Shown: one piece after another, positions 53,401 through 64,000 of the stretch
How positions within the stretch are numbered: the first letter of the stretch is position 1
How the letters are laid out: every line of letters starts with the position of its first letter
NCBI GenBank assembly: GCA_964016885.1
Contig: OZ024740.1
Location: forward strand, 358,174,001-358,238,000
DNA: 64,000 bases
Origin: Eledone cirrhosa
Taxonomy: Eukaryota
Direction of reading: 5' to 3'
Notes under the pieces: model-generated
Seen by the model: the letters and a program-made list of their open reading frames with translations, nothing else
Told to the model about the DNA's origin: nothing
Database searches by the model: none
Position numbers and translations under genes: made by a program

Positions 53401-53947
53401 TTTCGTTCACCGCTTCCAATTCCAATTTAGTGGGTTCTTTACTGACTCTAGTGTTGTATGGTCTGTCACTCACATTAAGGCTGTGTATCTCTTGAAACAT
53501 ATCATTCCATATCACTTGTAGGGAGCCCACAAGTTTTTGGTGCTCTGTTTGTTCAGTAGAGTCATGAATTTCAGCCTCGTTGTTGATGTGGTGACAATTA
53601 CTACTAGAGTCAGCTGACCTTTCTCGCTGTTCTTCAGTGGAAGTGGGATGAATTTCAGCAAAATTGTTGGTGAGCTGTTCACTGTTAGATTTAGCTGGCC
53701 ATTCTCTTTGTCTGTCAGTGGAGGTGGGGTGGTTGTCTACAAGGGCTGTATTTGTAGTATCACTCGATTCCGTTAGATGTATCAATTTACATCTAATGAT
53801 ACGTTTTGCCTGTTCATTTAAATGCTTTGGAGAAAAGTCTAATTCTGGGTGTTTGGAGTTCCATAAAGTTTTTAGCCTTTGCATAAAACCGAACTTTTGG
53901 GGTTCAGATTGTTTGTATGCTTCATATAATACTTTGTTAAGCTCGTT
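50430..53947 (-). mobile_element. Long R4/Dong-clade LINE; ORF broken once near 51240-51290
   Basis: KSPGPD, YRPIAC, WLDYQKAFDS, GIFQGDSLS, HLFFVDDLKLY, CRLC...HIVASC, RHD, RPDIVVWD...VEISCP...EKEDIY. (CATA)n at both ends. Confidence 0.93.
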
Positions 53948-53994
53948 ATGTATGTATGTATGCATGTATGTATGTATGTATGTATGTATGTATG

Positions 53995-54605
53995 TCAGGT
54001 CACCAGTTGGTGTTACTGGTAACATGTATCCCAGTACAACCTGTCTCATGATCGGGTCGTTGGCGATTAAACTGGCAACCCCACCAAGTTTTCTTGGTGA
54101 GGAGGGTGACTTTGGAGATCCTGCAGGACTAAAAACAAAACCTGTCAAAGGGCAAAGGAGCTCTTAAGAGTCGAATCCAAAATCACCGGGATAGATGACC
54201 CCTTAGCCTTTGTCAAGGCAGAATTCTAGGAGAAGGAAAACTCTGATATAACACCTGCAACCCTGATGGTATCCAATGATGTTGACTTGTTCTTCTTTTT
54301 GGTAAATATCATCTTGGTTAAGAGAGTGGGACTGGCTTTGTGCAGTGCCTTTGCTCACTATAAAAGCTTCACGGCACAGGCATTGCTTTATATCTGGAGA
54401 TCTCTCTGCACTTGTTGTCACATGGTACCATGGGCCCAGCACTATGTGTCAATAATTGTCACAAGTGTAGTGTTTGTACCAGAGTTTTCAAGTCGCTGGC
54501 TGGACTAAAAAGTCACATTCGTTCAGCGCATCGGTAGGGGTTCTCCTACATGGATATAAAGTAGTGGCCGTACTCGAAAACGAGTTGGCAGCTACCATAC
54601 CATGT
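53995..54605 (+). mobile_element. Bipartite non-autonomous RTE derivative (5' UTR joined to 3' end)
   Basis: The 5' part aligns with 61541-61720 and the RTE 5' UTR. 3' end GTGGCCGTACTCGAAAACGAGTTGGCAGC plus (ATGT)n. Confidence 0.8.
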
Positions 54606-54739
54606 ATGTATGTATGTATGTATGTATGTTTGTATGTATGTATGTATGTATGTATGCATGCATGTATGTATGTATGTATGTATGTATGTACTATTTATAG
54701 CTATTAATTTATCTAACTATCTATCTAAATAACCCATTT

Positions 54740-54990
<251 letters not shown>

Positions 54991-54991
54991 A

Positions 54992-56543
54992 TATCATCAT
55001 CATTCGTCGACTACTGTCGAGATGATGGATCTCACTCTCATGCCCCATAATTCCCTGTCCCCCATCGCTGCCCCAGGTCCCGTCTACTGATTCCCGTATC
55101 CCTAGAGATTCCTACTCCTAGTCAGACTGGAGTCAGGGTTCCAGGGCAACAGAGCGGATATGATTTCATTGCTGGCACGGTGACAGTGGCCAGCAAATTG
55201 AGCTCTCCGGGATTTTAGAAGGGCAGAGGCTCGAGGGAGTTTGCCATAGATTTTAGACAAGGTGGGATGTCGTTTCCAGGATAGGTTTTGCACTCTCATT
55301 AAGAGGCGGGTATATGTGCCATCCAATCTCCTCTCAAGTTGTGATGTTAGTGTCCAAGTTTCAGATCCATAAAGTAATATGGGCTTAATGGCTGCTTGGA
55401 ATATTTCCAGTTTTAGCTTGTTGGTAAGTTGAGATGTTCATATGGCGTGCATGTCATTGCACGCTGACCATGCCATACCCTTCCTGGTTAGAAAATCTTT
55501 TTGGAGGAGGAGATATATGAGCCAAGATACTTGTATCTTCCACCTGCTTAAGGGTGGTACCATTAAGGGTTCTGATGGGGTAGTTTGGACTGTTTGCGCA
55601 TCTGTTCACATACTCAGTCTTGGGATAACTATCAACTGCCATCCGTTCAGGTTTCAGAGCCTTTAGGAATCAACACCTCTCCTTTCACTATGCCTGAGCT
55701 CAAAGAAGCCATCAAACAGCTCAAAGCCTCAAAAGCCTTTGGGCCGGATAATATACCTACCCTGATTTGGAAGGATGAGCATTTCCACATCCTTTTGCTC
55801 AACTTATGTAACCATACTTTCGAGACCAATAAACCACCTAGCGTCTGGCATGCAGCTCAAATTATCCCCATGCCCCAAAAAGGAGATCTTTCTTTAGCCA
55901 CCAACTATAGAGGAATTTCTCTCATGGCAATTGCTGCAAAAATATACAACAAGCTTCTCCTGAACCGCTTAATTCCATTACTTGAGCCAATCCTTCGTAA
56001 CAACCAGAATGGATTTAGGAGAGGTAGATCAACACTTAGCCAGATTCTCTGCCTTCGCCGATTATAGAGGAGTCCCAAAACCGCAATCTAGACCTTGCAC
56101 TCATCTTTGTTGATTTTTCAAAAGCCTTCGACTCAGTTGACAGGTCGGGAATGTTTGAAATTCTACAACTTTATGGGATTCCTGATAAAATCATCGCAGC
56201 CATACGTGTAATGTATACAGATACCAAATCAACTGTCCTGACCCCAGATGGGGAAACACCACCTTTCTCAATCCTCGCTGGAATTTTACAGGGCGATACC
56301 CTTGCCCCGTATCTATTTATCATTGTTGTGGATTATGTTTTGCGCATGTCTGTGGATAGGATTCAGGATAGAGGATACCAACTACAGCCTAGGAGAAGCT
56401 CATGCTACCCAGCAAAATACTTGACCGACACCGACTTTGCTGACGACATCGCATTGATCAGTCGGTCACTGGAAAATGCTGAGAGTCTTTTGAAGTCATT
56501 AGAGCAAGCGTCCAACTGTGTTGGACTGTACCTCAACGAATCT
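54992..56543 (-). mobile_element. RTE-like LINE copy with an inverted 5' segment
   Basis: The RT core (YRGISL, FVDFSKAFDS, GILQGDTLAP, DFADD...GLYLNES) is on plus at 55645-56543. Its direct continuation KTEYVN...DGTYTRLL...RRAQFAGHC and the (GAT)n tail are on minus at 55622-54992. Confidence 0.88.
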
Positions 56544-56739
56544 ATATATATATATATATACTCCTCTATAACAAGCTAAAGACAGAAAAAAAAGGCGTGA
56601 AGAGAAGAGGGAGTGGGAAACTCTACACTCATCGCAGGATAGCATACCTCAGCTGTACCCCACGGGCAGAGAAATGCACAGCTAGCTAGATATATAGCTA
56701 TCGACAGACAAATGGTTGTAGATAAAAAGATAGATAGTC

Positions 56740-56770
<31 letters not shown>

Positions 56771-57623
56771 TAGATAGATGCAGACAGATCAATATAGATA
56801 AACGATAAATAGCTATAGACAAATCAATAGGTATAAATAGATAGTTAAATAGCTCGATATATATAATTATACAGCTATAGACGGAGAGATAGACAGATAG
56901 ACGTTATTGTTTATTTAGCCCGCATTGATAGATCCAATTTCTACCATAAGTCTTCATTCGCGAAAGATTGATATGGCTGATTTGTTTCTGATACAGACCA
57001 GCCAACCTCTAAATACCCAAACGGTGAGTACCATGAAAGAAAGTGTCCCCAAACGGGGAGAAATGAGGCAAAATGGGGAGATTTTGCATAATGAAAGCTA
57101 TACCCATTTTCACAAGAGAAGATATCTCTCATCCACCCCAAAGTGGCTGGGGGATGTCCTTGTCGGACGGGGAGAGTTGACAAGTCTGTTGACATATTAC
57201 AGAAAAAAAAACAAGTATGCATTGTTACCCGCAAAAAATCTAAGAACTGTTCCACTTTATACTTTGCTGTATTTAGACACACTTACTCAACTTTCTGAGC
57301 AGCGTATCTTGCCTTTCATCGGAATTGATGAATTAAATAGTTTAGTTCTAAAGCCTGTTCAGTTGACTTCTTCTCTTCCCAAATATTTCCTCTGACCTTC
57401 TATCTGTATTAAAGCTTAATATGTTTGTTTTCAATTGAACATTGCCGTTGGCAAAATCGGCAGAAATGTGTTTAATTAATGTCTCTCTACGTACAAATTT
57501 CAAATCTCAATGAAGTTGACTTTGCTTCAAACACCAGTGAAGTATTGGGAGTGGACGTGGTTGAGAACACATTCCACCAAAATGTGTGGCCTTGCGCCCG
57601 CCATAAACATTGTGTTATTATTC

Positions 57624-57874
57624 CAGGGGCGGTGGAAGCATTTCTGAATTGGGGGTGCTAAATCTTGTCAATTTAGTTGTAGTGATTAGTTTAGCTGTCA
57701 TTATCAAATATCAACCAAGATATAAAAAAAAACAACTTCGATATGCGATAAACATAACATGTACATAGATTGTATCGCATATACAAATAAATGTGTGGTT
57801 TGGTAATTTGGATGGCGGGGAATATAATTATTGGGGGTCGCCTCCCTGCCCCCCATCCAGTTCTACCGACCCTA
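57624..57874. mobile_element. MITE, same family as 31206-31401
   Basis: CAGGGGCGGTGGAAGCATTTCTGAATTGGGG...; flanked by TATTC on both sides. Confidence 0.7.
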
Positions 57875-58450
57875 TATTCAAATATAACCTTATGGGAATA
57901 AGTAATCAATTTCTACCATACAATGACTGCAGTATATTACCGTTTGGTCTCAATTGTCCACAACCTTAAATTGGTAAGTCAGGCTCAGTAATTGCTTAGA
58001 TTCAAATGAAGTCTGAGAAATTGTTTCGTTTCATTTCTCACAAAAGGGACATCGAATAATCTTTTTGTGACAAATGCCACGTTAGTCTAGAAATCTATTG
58101 ATCTCAGTTTACTAATCATTTGTGTTTGTACTGAAGCTTCTAATTAAGTTGTCTTTTTTCTTTATATATTATATATTCATAAGAACGTGCTGTATACAGA
58201 TCGAAAAAAAGAAAGAAAGAAAGAAAGAAAAACATGTTACCGTTAATACTAATTGCTAAAAGTATTTCCCTGCTGATATCTAACTATCAATTTGAAAAAG
58301 AATTTATTTAGGATTCGGATTTAGGAAGTATGCGAAATTAGATTAATGATAAACGTAGATTGGAGATATTCTTGTAATAGAGTCGAAGATTCCACGAGAC
58401 GAGCTAATAGTGATGAATACAAACTTAGTAGATAAATCAAAGGGCCGTAG

Positions 58451-58517
58451 TTAGTCGAATTGATAGGAGATCCCTCCACTTGCCAAAAGATTAATGGTTC
58501 GTATTTCATCATCGGTG
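58451..58517 (-). CDS. Possible terminal exon (TDDEIRTINLLASGGISYQFD*)
   Basis: cttattgcag| acceptor, then an open frame to TAA in unique sequence. Confidence 0.2.
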
Positions 58518-59249
58518 CTGCAATAAGATCATAAACAATAAACAAGTCCAAAATATGACATGAAATAATTAAAATAATATTATCCTTGACAAATATTATT
58601 TTGTCATCCCACGCACAATTATTTCTAATTAGCTATTTAATGCCCACTGCATTAAATACGTTAACACAAAATTAACTGTTTTTTTCCATAAGGATGGCGT
58701 CCCCGAGATATTACAACGAAGATTTGTTGAAGCAGAGTAAAAGAAATAGTGTAAAATAAATGTTTTCTGAGAAATATCTGCATGGTATTTTGTCCGCGGG
58801 GTGCAGCCCAAACACCACCCACCCTAGACCCAGAGCCCATCACCCCCTCCCTTTCCCTTCCCTTCCTTCTGTGGCCCAAGAGTTCTTCCCGTTTCCTTCC
58901 CTTTCCTCTCATTTATGGCATTTATAGTCATTTCCTCTACTTTCCCATACAACCAGATCTGCCCTTAACCCCTTCTCATTTTCCCCATTATTTAATTTTA
59001 TCTTGCTTTTTCATATTTCCATCATTGTATAATTTTTTATTTATTTGTAATGCTATTTATATGACTGTGAATAAAACAAATTTTAAAGGTAATGACAGTT
59101 AAGTAGATGCAGTTCTGCGTATTTAATAACACATCATAAACTATCTTGCTCGGGGATAAAACGTGCTGCCGGAATTGAAATTACTACGTTACGATCGTGA
59201 GTCGAACATCCCTTATTACTAAGTCATTAGTCTTTACTGTCCAACTCAG

Positions 59250-59460
59250 TATATTGCCTGGTTTAGGCAAAAGGCCAACAATTTTAGGGGAAGGGAAAGT
59301 CGATTAAATCGAACCAGTACATTACTGGTACTTTATTTTATCGACCCCGTAAGAATGAAAGGCAAAGTCGACCTCAGCAGGATTTGAACTCAGAACGTTA
59401 AGAACCAGAAATAACCATTTGACCGATGCACTAACGATTCTGTCAATCCACCACTCTTAA
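59250..59460 (-). mobile_element. Nin/Deu-core SINE
   Basis: Reverse complement of the 43040 type. Confidence 0.85.
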
Positions 59461-59796
59461 GACAGCCATTTAATAAAATAACATTTTATGTTCTGGAGTC
59501 TCGAGCTATATAGGTGGCATTTCTAAAATACGTTTAGCGTTATTAATGACATCTAAACTAGCTGGTTTCACAAAGCTGTTAGCATATCTCTGTATTAGAC
59601 GAAGCAAATATTTGATTGGGCCTGAGTCACATTCAAGTAATGCCTCGTGTCATTTCTCTTACAATAAGTAAATACTTATATATTGTTTTTTTCATTTGCT
59701 TTCTGTCCTACACATTTACGAACGAAATGGATATTACTGATTTAGTTTCACTGTTAATCCATTAGTCTCTCACCGGCACTCTCTTCCCTCGTCTCT

Positions 59797-60034
<238 letters not shown>

Positions 60035-60160
60035 AAAATTGAAGACTAAAATCAAAAGAGGGCTCGATAAGGATAAATATATATCAAATATATAAGAACC
60101 GTAGAGCAAATATTTATTAAATTTGTTAAATTTATTAAATTTATTAAATCTGTTATTTTA

Positions 60161-60210
<50 letters not shown>

Positions 60211-61432
60211 AGATTTGAATGGATACAGTTTAGTTGAAAGGAATTTATTGACACGTGTTTCTATAACAGTTACATAACCTGAAAACGGCTGCTATCTACA
60301 AAGTTTTAGTTATGCAGACATTCAATATTTCAATGTTATTATTTACTGTCATTTCATCAGAATAATATTACTGAGGACCTATTTGGTTTTTATAGAGAAT
60401 ATTAGGAGGGAGGGGTGAAGTTGTTAGAAGAATAGTTGAGGGAGTGGTTTTTTGATAGCAGTGAGAATTTTTGGTGGCAGTGAGTAATTAGATTCCCATC
60501 TGTTGTTTTGACATTTTTATAGAATATATTATTGGTTATTTTTCTAAATTTATAGAAGGATTAGAGATAGTAAAGATATGCGTGGTTGGTTTTGTGTTTG
60601 CACTTAATTAACATTCAGACTTAAATTTTTCTTTCAAGTGTACGTATCCTTTCACCCACGCATTCACACACAAATATATTTGCACACCTCTACAAAATAC
60701 ATATACTCACATTCACATATTCATACTTACATACATATACACATGCATACATATATATATATATACACACATGTATTCATGTACATACATACGCGCTCAT
60801 GTGTATACATTTTCATACTCAACTTATCTTTATATACACACGTATAGACACACACATATATACATACATACTCTAGTCTATGTGTACACATATACACATA
60901 CATACACATCTATATACATATATATATATACACACATATATATATATATATATAAGCACTTTAATACATGAATACACTTACATCTAACTATACACATCAA
61001 ACATATATATATATTTACTTATTTATATACATTTTCACATATATATACATACTTATGGACGTTTTTAGACACGTTCATTATCGCATATTTGCACCTATTC
61101 TCATCAATATATCTTTCCATTATTAGTGTGGTAATTTAAGGTTATTAATATATGTTGAGAAGAGATTGTTTTTATATTTTTCTAACTAGATTGAGGTTTA
61201 TATAGTTGGGGGGATGTCCCTCTTTTATGTAATATTCGGCTTGTAGTGGGAAAAAAGGGTTTTAGTTCTGTGACGGCAGAATAATGTTCATATACACATA
61301 TATATATATATTTATATATATACAAGAAATAGGATTTCGCTTCAAGCATAGCTTTATACAATATGTATAAATATTTCGTATCTGCAAAGAAATACAGTTT
61401 TAGGAAGCCGTAGCTATGCAAACACCGTATAT

Positions 61433-61471
<39 letters not shown>

Positions 61472-61540
61472 CACATATATACACATATATATACACATAT
61501 ATATATGTGTGTGTGTGTGTGGTGTGCATATGTATGTATG

Positions 61541-62170
61541 TCGGGTCACTTTTGAGTGCTACTGGTAACATGTAACCCAGTACAACCTGTCACATGGTCG
61601 GGTCGGTGACTAAACCGGCAACCCACCTAGTTTACTTGGTGAGGAGGGTGATTTTTGACACCCTGCAGGACAAAAACTAAAACCTGACAAAGAGCGGAAG
61701 AACTCATAAGAGTCAACGGCCATCCCAAAATGTGTAAATATCTATATACATGTATATATATGCATATATATGTATATATGTATATACATATATGCATGTG
61801 CATGCATATGCACGGGGACATAGAAATAATCGGGCAGGATACCCGATCGCGCGGTTAAACCACTGGAAGTGAAAGACCTCAAGACTTTGTCAGGGCATTC
61901 TTCTAGGAGAAGACAACTCAGGAAACTGGGATAAGTCCGACATAAAACCTGCGGCTCAGTAGTTAGCGATGATGTTGATCTTTTCTTCTTTTCGGGTTAT
62001 AGCTACTGTCGCTCAGAGAGTGGGATTGGCTCAGTGCACAGTCTTTCCTCACTTTAAAAAAAATCTTCATGCACAGGCATTGCATGATAGCATTAATTAA
62101 TAATTATTAACAATGTTATATCGTGCAATGGCCATGCTCGATAACAAGGGGGCAGCCATCATGTATGTAC
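61541..62170 (+). mobile_element. Bipartite non-autonomous RTE derivative, closest to the intact RTE
   Basis: 61889-62095 matches the RTE 5' UTR (11494-11700). 62122-62168 matches the RTE 3' end (7561-7607). No ORF in between. Confidence 0.88.
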
Positions 62171-62450
62171 CTCGTTTTTGTATTTGTTTTGCAAGATATT
62201 TTTTTATTTGTTGTAACAGATATTGTTGTACTTTGGGAGGGTCATGCTGCCAATAAAAACACACGCACCTGTTGGTTTTCACTTCAATTTATTATTATAA
62301 TTTCCCCGTCGTTCGGTTTAATGACCGTGTGGTTGTTTATTTGTTGATTGTCAACGCCCTTTCATCACACATTCTGTGACCTCCTCAGTGACTACATTTG
62401 TTGTTACTTGTGTCTCTTATTTGTTGTTTTACATCACTTTGTCTTTGTGA
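62171..62450 (-). mobile_element. Diverged Naiad-like pLTR with HHR at 62350-62392
   Basis: GTCA-CTGAGGA-G-GTCACA-gaatg-TGTGAT-GAAAGGGCGT-TGAC. Confidence 0.7.
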
Positions 62451-63363
62451 AGTCATATTTTCTAATTATAAAGAAATAACATTTTCTAAAAATGTGTTCA
62501 TTAGCTGCCTCAGTTTATAAACGGGGTTTTGATTTTCCTTATTTGTCCCTTACACTTTGCAGTTGATTATCGCTTTTTTTTACACCAAAGTGGGGCATTT
62601 TCATATCAAAGAGGTGGGAGGCATAATCATTTTTGAGATGTTGAGGTGGGGCATGGTGCACAAAAGGCTGGGAACCACTGATTTAAACAGCATCGCTTTT
62701 ATTCTACTGACAAAGAATAGTGGTATTTCGGGCATCCCCTTATCTTCTACAACAACCATCTGATGTCTTGAAAGTAGAGAAAGTTTGATGAATTGAAATA
62801 TCTTTTGTTAAATATTGTTCTGATAACGATTTGATGTCTATAAAGTAGAAAAGTTTCGATGAATTGACCAGAGAATTTGTGTTAAAAGTATTGTTCTTGA
62901 ATGTTTAAAGAGGACATCTTGTAGAGAGTCTCAGGTCACATCTACTTTAATAGGCCCCACCCAGCGCCGATAGGGCTCCAAGCTGATGGGAGGCATGGGG
63001 GAAAATGCCCCATCTGCCCTGCTATAAAGGCACAAACCACTTTAGTTCGATGCATAGATTTGTAGCCACTCACTGATAATAAACTCATACGTGCAAGCGC
63101 GTGTATTTTATCACTTGTCGTTCAGGTCAAGACAAACTAAAAACGTTAATAATTATATAGAACCATTGATGCTTACAAAATGAAAGTATTTTTTCTCTGT
63201 AGTAATCTCCTTAATAATTACAAAGAGAATTTAATAGCAAATACTAGACAGTTAATCTACTTAAATACCATTTCTATTCGGATACTGTAAAATAATGACA
63301 GATGAAAGAAACCACACACATACACGCACACACATATATATATATATACATGTGTGTGTGTGT

Positions 63364-63415
<52 letters not shown>

Positions 63416-63420
<5 letters not shown>

Positions 63421-63980
63421 TATGTATACGTATATGTATACAGACGTACAGTAGTATGTATATATATATACATACATGCACACATATATATATGTACGTA
63501 TGGATTCACCAAACATTTATTATAATGCTCGGTGTGTTTGTAAACAAACATCCCGTATTAAGCCGTAGTGTCTAGCAACTACCGTTGCTCGTTTGTTCAA
63601 CACTGACAAAAGAACGCTGTACTAATTTCAAGCTTGTTAGCTATCGTCAGCAAAGTATACCTTCCTGCCAGAAAGTATATACTTTCCTTATGCATATTAA
63701 CGGCTGAGTAGCCCAATTTGCATATCGAGTGGGTTAATCGGCCGGGTGCACCGAAAACGATAAACGGAAAAAATGAAACGAAATTTCATTTCCCACTCTT
63801 AGTACGGCTGTTACTTAAATATAAGTATGTATACGTACATACATATATGTATACAGACGTACAGTAGTTTGTATATATATACATACATGCACACATATAT
63901 ATATATGTACGTATGGATTCACCAAACATTTATTATAATGCTCGGTGTGTTTGTAAACAAACATCCCGTATTAAGCCGTA
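63416..63980 (-). mobile_element. Non-coding HHR element (retrozyme-like), copy 2: about 1.35 tandem units; HHR at 63614-63656
   Basis: 63416-63559 is repeated at 63821-63980. Minus strand CTGACGA-tAGCT-aaca-AGCTt-GAAAT-TA-GTA^. (TA)n on both flanks. Confidence 0.82.
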
Positions 63981-64000
63981 TATATATATATATATATATA

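Noticed and set aside
53948-54148. N-terminal extension of the 953-aa ORF
   Set aside because: It is read-through across a (CATA)n tract into the antisense of the neighbouring RTE derivative, not part of the R4 protein.
56925-57395. 156-aa ORF
   Set aside because: It has a TTG start and no motif or compositional signal, and its 3' part overlaps a decayed SINE core.

Overview
This is AT-rich eukaryotic DNA saturated with microsatellites. It is most likely a coleoid cephalopod (Octopus-like), inferred only from the SINE/LINE repertoire. Almost all recognisable content is retroelement-derived: one intact 1181-aa RTE LINE ORF (APE-RT plus three C2H2 fingers) and two short bipartite derivatives of it; two PHD-containing RTE fragments; two R4/Dong-type RLE LINEs; a decayed Tx1/L1-clade element; CR1- and CRE-like fragments; an RTE-like copy with a 5' inversion; several Penelope-like (GIY-YIG) fragments; and many tRNA-derived SINEs. 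The main signal missing from the ORF track is RNA structure. By eye I find about two dozen type I hammerhead ribozyme (HHR) motifs, some intact and some decayed, from roughly ten unrelated sequence families. They occur repeatedly as head-to-head inverted pairs (996-1293, 16376-17800, 34612-34762, 40040-42004). One family is a non-coding ~420-nt unit found in two different circular permutations (29899-30352 and 63416-63980), which fits a retrozyme/circRNA-type element. The only convincing non-TE coding candidate is a 152-aa single-pass membrane protein with an Arg/Pro-rich octapeptide-repeat tail (1420-1878, minus), with an HHR foldback just downstream. All pairings and alignments were done manually and no database search was run.
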